A stretch of DNA of 64,000 nucleotides, taken from the NCBI RefSeq assembly GCF_009914755.1, contig NC_060930.1. One strand, written 5' to 3'. The position numbers and the translations under genes are program-made. The notes beneath the pieces are model-generated. The model was not told where the DNA came from. It saw only the letters and a program-made list of their open reading frames with translations, and searched no databases. Source of the DNA: the human T2T-CHM13v2.0 reference genome, Homo sapiens. Within the stretch, counting starts at the first letter, position 1. Each line of letters starts with the position of its first letter. Of this stretch, positions 13,385 through 29,576 are shown piece after piece.

Positions 13385-14826
13385 AAGAAAAATTCAAATC
13401 CATTATCTCTGAAGTAGACACCCCAGTGAGTGAGCTACTTCTTTCTTTCTTTGCCAGGTTTGCATGAGCCGTTGGTCATGGAGTCCTTGCACTCTTGGTC
13501 TATCTATTTAGATGGAATTGACTCCATGCTCAATCTCTTTTGAGGTTAAAAGTTAGAAACTCACTTTAAATAAGGCAAGGGATACAGAGTATATATTTTA
13601 TCTTACATATTTGAAAGCAGCAGATATTATCATTGACATGGTAGAAGTAATGCTTTTTCTAAATACAATGTAAAAACTATTAATTACTTGGTTTGCTTAT
13701 GCTAAATGATGTTTTCACTCAAGTCCTTAGCTACTGCCACCAATCATCTGTTAATATTTTTCTCTTATATTTGTATGTCAATAGCGCACACATTGGTAAA
13801 GCCATTTCATTCATTTCTGCTAATGTTAATGGAATTAAATCTGTTTCAAGCCAGGTAGGTGAGGTGTTGAGTTTTCAGATTGGCAGAGATAGCTTTTCTG
13901 TTTGGTTCTTATGAGCTAATACTCTACATAACAATTCAAATTAGTCAACTGGTTTTTCTCATGTTTGTGTTGGGGTGTGGCAGCTCTCTGACAAGTCAAA
14001 AGAAAATGAGTAATTGATTTGGTGCTAAAACATGATTATGCTTGCTATAATGAAAGCACCCTAGAAATATTAAAACTAAAAAACAACACGTACTATCTCT
14101 GTTAGACAAGTGCCTTTTGTTATGTTAAGATATTCCATTTCTTCTTCATGCGAGATGGTTCAGCATTTACTAATCTTATACCAGAAGCAGTTTACATGGA
14201 GAGATATTTAGATAATGAAAACTTGTCTGTACTTAGGTAAATGGAAAGGTTGTCACCTGAACTAGCCAGAGACTCCAAAGCATTTAGCTGCCAGTCATGC
14301 CTTAAACCTTGGGAACATCCCATGTTAGACTTAGATTAAGAACCCTTTTGGGGTTTCAAAGAGGTGACGGGCTGCATTCAATGGTGAATGATCCCAAGGT
14401 TGAGTTAACTCATCACTCTGAAGAAGAACAAAATGAGGAATTACTTTACTTAGTTAACTACTGACACCTTACTATAAACTCTGAAGGAAGGCAAAGAATG
14501 AGATACAGATAATGTATAAAATATTTAGTAAAATGAAATTCTCATGTCAGCTGTTAAAACCACAACTCCGAGGATGTGAGAGAGTGTGGTCTATACAGGA
14601 GGGGTGGAGTGGGTGTGGACCTCAGCCTTCTGCTCTAGGAATCCATGCTTGTGAATGTCTTCCTAACTCTAGCCCCACTTTACAAAATCAAAACAAACAG
14701 AAAAGTTTCTAAGTATGGCTTCTTACTGGTGGTGGGAAACAGTTTGTCTCATTATCTCATTTCAGAGATGCCTACTGGTTATACTCACAGGTTCTTTTCA
14801 CATCCTTTATGCCCTGATTGAGAGGA

Positions 14827-15281
14827 TGTCTTAGTCCATTTTGTGTTGCTGTAGCAGAATACCTGAGACTGGGTGATTTATCAAGAAAGAGCCTTATTTG
14901 GCTCATGATTCTGGAGGCTGGGGAGTCCCAGAAGCATGGCACTGCATCCGTTGGCTTCTGGGCTTCTAGGGAGAATCTCATGCCATGTCATAACATGATG
15001 GAAGGTCAAAGGGGAAGTGGACACAGGTGAAGGGTCAAAACAGACCCTGCCCTGGAGGGAACTAACCTGTCACCTCCAGAATGAATCCAGTCTCACAAGA
15101 GCAAGAACTCACTCACTGTAGTGAGAACTGCACCAAGACACCTAGGCCCAGAGGGCGGAGTCTCTGTGACCCAAGCTCTTCCCATTAAGTTCCACCTCTT
15201 AAAGTTTCCACCTCCCAACATTGCTGCACTGGGAATTAAGGTTCCAACGTGCGTTTCGATGGGGACACTCAAACCATAGCA
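14827..15281 (-). mobile_element. MaLR solo LTR (MST/MLT1-type)
   Basis: tgtcttagtccatttt...gggacactcaaaccatagca termini. Confidence 0.8.
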
Positions 15282-15713
15282 GAGACATTGCCTTCTAAGA
15301 TAGACCCTCCCACCTTCCTGGGCTGGGGGAGCTGGCTTGGTCTATCTAGAAGGATGAGCAGGCTGCCCACTACCTACCTTTATTAAGAGTGATTTCAGTC
15401 ATCATACTTGGCTAACTTTAATTTCCACTTTTAAATTATCTAATCCTTTCACAGAAATTTTGGGGATTAATAAATATGAAAAACCATCTCCCCAAAAGCT
15501 CAGAATATTTATGAAAGTATTATTAGCAACATCTACTATGCTTTTGCTATAACTAATTCTGCCTTGTTAATCTAGTATTCAAATTAAAGGTTGTTCTTTG
15601 ACCCAATGGGGGGCAGAGGCTTATGAGATTTTTTTTTATTATGGAATAATTTTGGTGGAGTTTCTACCTTGATTGCAAATTTGGTGACACAGCAGGTTTT
15701 ATGACTATAGAAT

Positions 15714-15754
15714 AATCTAATCAACACTCCAGAATCTAATCAACACTCCAGAAT
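15714..15754. repeat. Perfect 19-bp tandem duplication (aatctaatcaacactccag x2)
   Basis: Direct reading. Confidence 0.95.
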
Positions 15755-16258
15755 GGAAAATCTTGTTGGGTTGCTTCAAGAGAATTACCTTTCTGCAATG
15801 GGAGCTCTATCACATTTGAGTTAAGTGATAATAGATAACATGTATTCTAGGTAAAACTCTTTTTTCATAGGGTATCTTTTATATGTACCTAGAAAAGAGA
15901 TTTGGATGATACATGATAACTATCAGTAGTGCTTTTTAGTATCATTATGGGTAACTTATTTTGTTTATCTGTTTTGTGCAATGCACATGTATTTCTCCTA
16001 TAAGAGAATAACTTCAAAGTTGTTTTTTAGAAGGGGTGGGCATGAGTATCCCACTGTTTTATTGTCATGGGTAAGAAAGGGGCACAAGCCCTCTCCTGCC
16101 ACAGGGCTTTACAATGTTTGGAATAGCTCAATTGGTGTTTTTTCCATCTTCTTTTTGAGGAAGATGGGCTTTAAATTTTTAAAAAATTATAAATAAGGAA
16201 AAAAAAGCCAGTAGATTTGTTCATATTAGCTTCTTTATATTTTCAGAGGAAGCAGCCA

Positions 16259-16312
16259 TAACACTTTGGATAGAACACATGGCACTTTGGATAGAACACG
16301 TAACACTTTGGA
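16259..16312. repeat. 21-bp tandem repeat, ~2.5 copies (taacactttggatagaacaca)
   Basis: Direct reading. Confidence 0.9.
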
Positions 16313-17486
16313 AGACTCCTTTGGTGTCTTCATTTTTGGGGGGGCAGGAAAGACAGTCTCTGAGGATGAGGATGGTACCACTACCCACAGGACGGAAGGA
16401 AAGGTAAAAGGAAGATTGAATCACTCTTCAACTTCCTTCTGGAGCCCAGCCCTTTCCACCTGCTCAGGGGCTGACTTCTCCGGTATCATCAGCCATTCCT
16501 TTGTTTCAAGAGTCATGGACCGTATACTGAAGATCTGTGCAGTTTAGGATATGTAAATTATATCTCAGTAAAGTATTAGAACACAAATACACACAAAAGC
16601 CTTTCTGTCTTTCTCTTCCTCTCTTCAGCCAGATTTGACAGAGAGATTGTCTATATCCTTTGATCGCATTTTGTCAACTTCTGTGCCCCTCTTAGCCACT
16701 GCTGTGTGGCTTGTCCTTCTTTTCCACCCAGAAGGCTCATGACCTCCATGTTGCTAAATTCCAAGTGCCCATTCCAGTTTTTATCTTGTGTGCTCTCGGC
16801 TTTCTAAGCCACTCTATCAATTACCCAACCATCAGCCTTCCCAGCATCCGTCCATCCTTCTGTCAGCCAATGCGCTGTCCTTCTGTCCCTCCTTCCAATA
16901 TCCACCCACCAGTCCCTTCGTCTGTCTCTGCCAGGCATTCTTTTTTTTTTTTTTAAACAAATAAGCTTTATGTTTTAGATGGTTTTAGATTTACAGAAAA
17001 ATTGCGAAGACAGAACACTATTGCCATATACTCTGCAACAGGTTTTACCTGTTAGCAACATATGTTAGAATTATACATTTGTCACAATGAATGAACCAAT
17101 ATTGATACATTATTATTCTCTAAAGTCCATACTTTGTTCGGATTCTTTAGTTTTTGCCTAGAGTCCTTTTTCTGTTCCAGGATCCCATCTGGGACACCAC
17201 ATTGCATTTACCTGGTATGTCTCCTTAGACTCCCTTGGCTAGGCCAGTTTCTCAGCCTTCCTTTGTTTTTGATGACCTTGACAGTATTGTGGAGTACTTT
17301 TTAGGTATTTTGTAGAATGTCCCTCACATGGCATTTGTCGGATGTTTTTCTCATGATTAGACTGCGTTTATGGGTTTGAGGGAGGAAGACCCAAAAGGTG
17401 AAGAAACACTTTTATCACATTCTGTGAAGGTACATCCTGTCAACGTGGCTTATTACTGTTGATATTCACCTTGAGCACCTGGCTGA

Positions 17487-17877
<391 letters not shown>

Positions 17878-18280
17878 GTAGCTCATTCTTAAGTAATGGG
17901 AAGTTATGTTCTGCCTCATTGTGTAGCTACATAATTTATATGGAATTCTTTTGCGTGGGAGATTTGTCTCTTCTTCCTCATTGGTTTATTTAGTCTGCTT
18001 TATTTATGTCAGTATGGTTCACGTATATTTATTGTTTGTCTTGGATTATAATTCAATTATTACTTTATTTCATGGCCCATATTATTCCAGCTTTGGCTAT
18101 TGCGAGCTGTTTCGATTGGTTCCTGTGTTCTTTGACATACCCCCATGATCGTGTGTGTGTATGTATTTAATACTACTTTACTTTCTAGCACTACAAAATA
18201 CTCTAGGCTTATCTTGTATGTTTCCTGCCCCAGATTCAGAGTCAGCCATTTCTCCAAGGAACGCTGATTCCTTTTATTAG

Positions 18281-18673
<393 letters not shown>

Positions 18674-19351
18674 CTAAGATCTCTCACATGACAGCAAGAA
18701 AATATATGTGTGTATTCTTATTGGCGTATACATATCTACAAATATTTCCATTTGTAACCATCAGCATCTATATCAAGCTAAACATCAGCTCATTTGATGT
18801 CTTCGATTCTAATCCATTACTACATGGGTTGCACTAGCCCCCTTTCTTTGCCTGTCTTTAAACTCCTACTCCAACAGAGACAAACCTGTGGTTCCCACCA
18901 TCCGTATCCATTCCCTTAATTGTTCAGTTGTAGTATATATGTACAGCAATATCAGAATTGTTAACTCAACCCCTATGGGAAACAACTTTATCAACTAGAA
19001 GATGGCGCTTATATGCACTCCTTTTACATTTGATTTTAACAGACTCTACTTATTTCTAGTTACTTAGGTCAGTACCCTTTTCCCCTATCCCCTTCAGTGA
19101 GGTTGTTGCATACATTTGTAATATAGATAGATTGTTTTGTCACATTCTGCATTCCATCCTGGGATCCCCCAATCTCCTAAATGACTTTTTAAATTTGCTT
19201 ACATTGTACATTAAGATTCATTCTTTGTGTAGTCAGTCCTATGGACTTTAACAAATGCAGAGTGTCACGTATCCACCCTTGCAGTATCATACAGAACAGT
19301 TGCACCCCCTATAAATATCTCCTGTGCTTTATCCATTTACCCCCCTCCGTT

Positions 19352-19664
19352 TATTTTCTTTTCTTTTTTCTTTTTTTTTTTTTGAGACGGAGTCTTGGTT
19401 TGTCACCCAGGCTGGGTGCAGTGGTGTGATCTGAGCTCACTGCAACCTCTGCCTCCTGGGTTCAAGTGATTCTTCTGCCTCAGCCTCCCGAGCAGCTGGG
19501 ACTACAGGCGTGCGCCTCAACATCCAGCTAATTTTTGTATTTTTAGTAGAGACGGGGTTTCGCCATGTTGGCCAGCCTGATCTCGAACTCCTGACCTCAG
19601 GTGATCTGCCCACCTGGGCCTCCCAAAGTGCTGGGATTATAGGCGTGAGCCACCGTGCCAGGCC
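19352..19664 (-). mobile_element. Alu (AluS-type)
   Basis: Full dimer with T-tail. Confidence 0.95.
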
Positions 19665-20420
19665 AACCTCTGCCATTTCTTCCTGAACCACTGATCTCTT
19701 TCCTGTTGCTATCGTTTTGCCTTTTCCAGTATGTCATATAATTGAAATCATACAGTATACAGCATTTTCAGACTAACTTCTTTCACTACACAATATACAT
19801 TTAAGATTCATCCGTGGTTTTTTTGTGACTTGATAGCTCCATTCTTTTTATGGCTGAATAAGATGCCATTGTATAAATGTACCACAGTTTATCCACTTGG
19901 CTCTTGAAGGACATCTTGGTTGCTTCAGTTTTTGATGATTATGAGAAAGCCTGGTATAAACACGTGTGGGTGGACTTTTGTTTGGATATAAATTTGAAAT
20001 TAGTGAGGTCAAAATGCCACATGCACTTTTAGGTGCTAGGGACACAGGTGCTTAGGATACAACAGCGAAAGAGTCCCTGTGCTCCTAAAAACAAATGCAA
20101 ATGAATAAATCAGAATGGCTTCAGCTCACGAGTAGTGCTAGGAAAAAAATAAAGCTAATAGGATAATGAGTGAGAGACTGTGGCCAGGTTAGTGGGGCTA
20201 GGAAGGGCTTCTTTGAGGAAGTTCATTGCATTTGTATCTGAGCCTGCATGATGAGAGATGGCACCAGCGGTGTGCAAAGCCCTGGGGGGACATACTGGGC
20301 TCAGTTAATGCAAACACCCTCTGGCAGGATGAATCTTGGCATGGCCAAGGGACTAGGAACAGAAAGTACTGTGAGGTAAAGACATGAATGAGAGTATTTT
20401 CTTAAAAACTTTTTATTGTA

Positions 20421-22070
<1,650 letters not shown>

Positions 22071-22080
22071 AATAAGGGGA

Positions 22081-22442
22081 TACCGTAGATTGAATGTTTA
22101 TATCCCCCTAAAATTTATATGTTGGAATCCTAAGCCCCAGTATTATACTATTGGGAGAGGGGCCTTTCGGAGGTGATTATGTCCTGAGGGTGGAGCACTC
22201 ATGAATGGGATTAGTGCCCTTATAAAAGACACAAGAGAGCTCTCTTTCTCTGCACTCCATCATGGGAGGACACATTGAGAAGTTAGCCATCTGCAAACCA
22301 GGAAGCTGGCTCTCACCAGACATAGGATCTGTGTGGTACCTTGATGAACTTCCCAGCTTCCAGAATGGTGAGAAATATATTTCTGTTGTTTAAACCACCA
22401 GTCTGTGGTAGTCTGTTAAAGCAGCCCAAACTGACTAAGACA
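22081..22442 (+). mobile_element. MaLR solo LTR (MLT1A-type)
   Basis: gattgaatgtttatatcccc...gcagcccaaactgactaagaca; degenerate 5-bp TSD gggga/ggaga. Confidence 0.85.
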
Positions 22443-23379
22443 GGAGACCTTGTATGTTTGGCTCTATATAGATTCTAGTGAGTATGTTCTAATATTAGGT
22501 AGAGCCTTTCTGTCTTGCTCACTATACTCCATCTTCATTTCCTGGCAGTGGCCCCTGTGCTGTAAATATTCAATAAATATCAGCTGGTTGGTGGACAGGT
22601 CTGAACTTGCCTTTAGGCAAGAGTTTTAAAATATCTGGGCTCCCAGTCCAAGAAAAGATACTCAGATTTTGTGTTAGAGAAGACTTGACTTGCCTAGTTA
22701 ATTACATTTCTTCTCTAGGCCCAAATATGTTTCTGGACCAGTTCTGCTGGCTAAAGTCCTTGGGGAAGGCTGGTTGACCTCAGGTTGTCCAGTTGGCAGT
22801 AATGAATCTATTTAACCATCCAGCCAGTCATGCAATAAATATCTTTTATGGGCCTACTATGTGGCAGGCATAAAGTAGAACTAAAATAATAGGATTATTT
22901 CCAGAGTTTCTATTTTTAATTTTAGAACATTTGTTGTTTCTTTCTTTACAAGTTAAACACTCAGTGCAAGGAGGGTAATTTTGAGAATTTTCCTCTATTT
23001 TGAGGGTAGCTTTATTGTTCTGTTATAGTTATTTAAAATTTTTGTGTGTGACAGCCTAGATAAACAGGCAACAGGCCTAAGAATTAGAGCTTTTATGTTG
23101 CTATCAGACTATTTTAAAACAAACAAAACCCTACAAAGAAAAAGAGATGAAAATAAATGTGAAGTGCAGTATTTCACACAGTGAATTCAGCGAGAAGTTA
23201 AGTACTTTTCTCATTTTCAAAATTTAGTGCCAGACCAAAGACCAAGTTTAGAAAAATAGAGGAATGCATTTTCAGGAGGTTGGTGTGGACTCTGGATGTG
23301 CCAGTCAGTGCCAGTACACCAGATCGCATTGTGAGTGGGCCACGTGCCATATACCATGTGTCACATGCCACATACCGCT

Positions 23380-23690
23380 CTTCTTCTTCTTTTTTTTTTT
23401 TTTGAGACGGAGTCTGAGTCTCCCTCTGTTGTCCAGGCTGGGGTGCAGTGGCGCTATCTCGGCTCACTGCAAGCTCCGCCTCCCGGATTCATGCCATTCT
23501 CCTGCCTCAGCCTCCTGAGTAGCTGGGATTACAGGCGCCCGCTACCACGCCCGGCTAATTTTTTGTATTTTTAGTAGAGATGGGGTTTCACCATGTTAGC
23601 CAGGATGGTCTCGATCTCCTGACCTCATGATCTACCCGCCTCGGCCTCCCAAAGTGCTGGGATTACAGGCCTGAGCCACCGCGCCCAGCC
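23380..23690 (-). mobile_element. AluY-type
   Basis: Full dimer, (CTT)n/T tail. Confidence 0.93.
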
Positions 23691-24259
23691 AAATGCTGCT
23701 CTTCTTGGTAACTGCCCTCTGGGGAACAAAAGAGCCCTAGAGGCTTCTCCCATGGTACCATCTTGCTTGGTGACACCAGGGGCTGGGGTTATGTCCCAGG
23801 GTCTCTTTGTTCCTCCTTTCCTCTGGGGATATGAACAAAGAGGGGCAGGGGACAAGCAGATCCCCAAACTGGGGCCAGCTCCAGGCGGTAGCTGTTGGAA
23901 AATGGGGCTGCCTCCGCCAGCACTTATTGTCCACCACTGCCCATGTCTGGTGGCTGCAGTTTGAGCTGCTCTGAAGCCTTTTGAGGCCACTGGGAGAGGC
24001 AGCCTCCTAGCAGGCCTGCCTCAGGAGGAGGAAGCAGATTGCTAAGGGAACAGGGTGGCTGGTGCTTGTGAATGTTACTTCCGTGATGGGACTGTGATTC
24101 TCGTTCTTATTTAGTTAATATCATGTCCAATTTCATTTTCAGCTTGTCTCAGGTGAATATTTTATATATTTAGTGAAACCTCACCAACCTTGAAGTCAGG
24201 AATTTTGTAACTCCAGTCATTTGGAACCGAGTGAAGGAACCTAAAGGAAAGCAGAAAGA

Positions 24260-24816
<557 letters not shown>

Positions 24817-25229
24817 TTAGCCACATTTCTAACAAGTTTGGTTTTCTGCTTTTTTAGTTCACTAGATTTAGAAGCAACAAACTAGGCTGCTAGGTATACG
24901 TTCTGGGAGAACATCTAGAAGTGACAGCTGACAGCCTGACAGTAAGGGAGGAGACAGAGCATCTATAAAAAGCTCGGAAGACCAGAGCTGTCTTATATAC
25001 TGTATAAGGCAGAGAGCTCTGAGCCTGTTGCAGCCTGGAGCGTGTCCCGAGAGGCAGTGTGGCAGGACGCCTGGCCACAGGAGTGACCTGAGCCATTCAG
25101 ACCCCAAAGGCAGGCACACGAGGAATCCCTTAGAGAGATTTGAAGAAAAAGAGTTGAATACTAGTTATCTGAAATAATTTACATATATAGAACCCTTGTT
25201 TTCCTTGGGATACTAAACACATAAAAGAA

Positions 25230-25560
25230 CTCCCCCTTTCTCTCCATGTCTCCGTTCTCCCCTTCTCTCCTCCCCTCTTTCTCCCCTTCTCTCCTCCCCT
25301 CTTTCTCTCCTCCCCTTTCTCTCCTCCCCCTTTCTCCCCTTCTCTCCTCCCCTTTCTCCCCTTCTCTCCTCCCCTTTCTCCCCTTCTCTCCTCCCCTTTC
25401 TCCCCTTCTCTCCTCCCCTTCCTCTCCCCCTTGCTTTCCTCCCACCCTTTCTGCGGCCCCTCCCCTCCCGACTCTCCTCTCCCCCACTCCCCTCCCACCT
25501 TGCTCTCTCCCTTTCCGTTTTCACTTCCCCTTTTACTTCCCTCCCCCACTCCTTCTCCCT
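25230..25560. repeat. CT-rich polypyrimidine tract with ~20-bp subunits (ttctccccttctctcctcccc)
   Basis: Near-pure pyrimidines on the + strand. Confidence 0.92.
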
Positions 25561-25681
25561 AACACAATACAGCGTCCCTTTTTTTTTTTTTTTTTTTGTC
25601 TTTGAGGTTCACATATATGCAGTGAGTTGCTGGTGAAAGTTTAACAACTGGCTCTCATGGGAGAAAAAAATCCCTTGATTC

Positions 25682-26010
<329 letters not shown>

Positions 26011-26326
26011 AAAAACCCTTGATTCACAGCAGCCCAGTTTCCTTAGTGTAAGTCCTCGCCATGGTTGATTTCAGGTGACCATTGTGAAGTCCCTGGGGAG
26101 GAGCAGGGACAAGTACTTCCTCCATACAGATGCAGGAGATGGAAGTAACCTTAAGAGCGTAAGAATAGGCAGATAACACCAAATAATCAGAAAGTCATGT
26201 TTTGAGTATTTACAACTTTATTATATAATTACTCTTCTTATACAATTATATAATTTAATTTAAAAATTTAGTAACATTTAACTCAATGTATCAAAAATAT
26301 TATCATTTTAACATATCGATAGAAAA

Positions 26327-26660
<334 letters not shown>

Positions 26661-27169
26661 TAAAAATATCTAACCTTCCATTATAGTTAGAGGTGATCCT
26701 ATGACAAATTTTGACCAGTGAAATGAATTCACTGCATGGAGTTTTTGAATAATAATTTAATGGTAACTGATTCTGTTGTCGTGGGAAACTTGTCTTTTTC
26801 CTTACTTCCTGAAATGTAAGTAGAAGAGGAAAAAAAATTAAAAATAGAAACAATAAAATAAGAACTTACATATGACGTCTTTGAACTGTTGAACAAATGC
26901 CAATATCCAACTATGTTGGACTTCTCTGTATATGGCAGAAAAAAAATCATATTTAGTCTCCAAACTGCTGTTAAAAGGTTGTCGTTGTTGTTAGATGCTG
27001 CTAAACCCAATGGTTGAGTAAAAGAGAAGGTGTCAAAAGCAGAGACCTGCATAAGGTGAAGGCACAGGACAAGTGAATTGTGAATGAAGAAAATTCTAGG
27101 CTGATGAAATCGAACATGAAAAGGCCGAAGCGGGAAGAAGCTGAAAGTAGAATGAACCAAGGTTTACTA

Positions 27170-27685
27170 ATTACCAATACCATGCAACAAACTCCCCCAC
27201 ATCTTAGTGGCTTAAGAAATGACTATCATTTATTTTGCTTGCAAATCTGATTTGTGCATCATTTGTTGGGGGTGACTCATCTCTGCCTCATGGGGAATTA
27301 ATTGATGTGGCAAACTTAGGGCCTGAGTATGTATTTTCAACATGACTTACTCTGCAAACTGTTGGGGCCATGGGCCATTGTGTCAGCTCTTCAGCATACA
27401 GGCTTTTCCATGTGCTATTTCGGTTTCCTTGCTGTATGGGGACTGGGCTCTGGAGTAAACATCTCAATACGATCAGGAAGAAGTTGTATTGCTTTTAATG
27501 ACTTTGCCTTGGAGGTCACATAGTATTGCTTCTGTTCTAATCACAGTTCTAACAAGGCTTCAAGGAAAAGGAACATAGATTTTACCTTCTGATGGGAGGA
27601 AAGTCAAGTGAGATCACCTTGTGAGGAAGGGAAGTGGAATGGGAAATATTGTTGAAGCCAGTTTTGGAAAATACAATCTGCCACA
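27170..27685 (-). mobile_element. Old MaLR LTR (MLT1-type)
   Basis: caacaaactcccccacatcttagtggcttaa...ttttggaaaatacaatctgccaca. Confidence 0.65.
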
Positions 27686-27764
27686 CAAGAAAGAATAAGA
27701 AAATATGGGTGATGAGAACTGAATTCAACACATACTCATTACACTTTTGTCATGTGCTAGTTAC

Positions 27765-28066
27765 TTTTTTTTTTTTTTCTTTTTTTGAGATGGAGTCTCA
27801 CTCTGTCTCCCAGGCTGGAGTGCAGTGGCGCGATCTTGGCTCACTGCAAGCTCTGCCTCCCAGGTTCACGCCATTCTTCTGCCTCAGGCTCCTGAGTAGC
27901 TGGACTACAGGCGACTGCCACCATGCCTGGCTAATTTTTTTGTATTTTTAGTAGAGATGGGGTTTCAGTGTGTTAGCCAGGATGGTCTTGATCTCCTGAC
28001 CTCGTGATCCGCCCGCCTCGGCCTCCCAAAGTGCTGGAATTACAGGCGTGAGCCACTGCGCCCGGC
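27765..28066 (-). mobile_element. AluY-type
   Basis: Full dimer; TSD tgctagttac. Confidence 0.93.
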
Positions 28067-28359
28067 TGCTAGTTACCTTTTAAGCACCCGTGATATCGAA
28101 GTAGACCAAAGAGACAAAAATCACTTCCCTTCCTTGTGGGTTTTACATTCTAGGGAAATGAGAGAGAAGAGTGATACGTGATGAGGTTAGAAGAAACAGA
28201 GCCTTGTAGGTTACAGTACGACTCTTTTTTTTTTTTTTTTTAATGGTAAGGAATTTGAATTTTGTTCCTAAGTATGATAGCTTTTATGCAGGGAAGTGAT
28301 ATGGTCTTATTATTTTTTATGACTATAAAATTAACTTTTATTTAACATTTTTTTACAAA

Positions 28360-28690
28360 ATACATTAAAAAAATTTTAAATCTGTTTTTTAGAGCAGTTT
28401 TAGATTCACAGTAAAATTGAGAGGAAGGTACCTTTCCTATGTACTCTCTGCCCAGTCCCCCAACACAGCCTCCCCACCAACTCCCCCGGCGTGACCCTCC
28501 ATTGGAGCGGTACATTGGTCACAATCGATGAACCTACGTTGACACACCATTATCACCCAAAGTGCATAGTTTACATGAGGGTCCACTCAAGGTGCTGTAC
28601 ATTCCATGGGTTTGGACAAATGTTTAATGACATGTATCCACCATGGTAGTTTACAGAGGAGTTCCACTGACCTGAACATTCTCTCGTTAT
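28360..28690 (-). mobile_element. L1M 3'-end fragment
   Basis: tttagagcagttttagattcacagtaaaattgag...gggtttggacaaatgt. Confidence 0.75.
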
Positions 28691-29131
28691 TGTGTTTGAC
28701 AGCTGGCTTATAAAATTCCTGAAAATTTAACAGTGGTCTCTAGTGAGCTGGTACAAGCCAGCTCCATTCAGCACACCATTGTACATACCTAATATCTTAT
28801 AGTTGAGGGATTCTCTGTAATTTTGTTTGAGCATAACAACAATCTAACTCTTTTATAAGGAGAATCCCAGAAGCTCACATTTAAAAGAGACCCGAGAGAT
28901 CTTCTGTCCTGACCTTTCTGCCTGACACACTGATTCCATCTATAGCATGGTAAAAGGATCTTTCAGGGCCACTGCTGCTCAGATTTCTCACGTCTCCACA
29001 CAGAATCTGTGATTGACGCACACATTTGAAAGTTAAGGGATTTTCTTCAGGCTGCAAACTGGGACTGGAATTTCGTCTCTTTCTCTTGTTCTTCTCTAAT
29101 TTTATTCTCATGCAAACAGCCTGATTTCTGA

Positions 29132-29576
<445 letters not shown>

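Noticed and set aside
25130-25605. Gly/Glu/Arg- or Pro/Ser/Leu-rich ORFs
   Set aside because: Translations of the low-complexity CT tract
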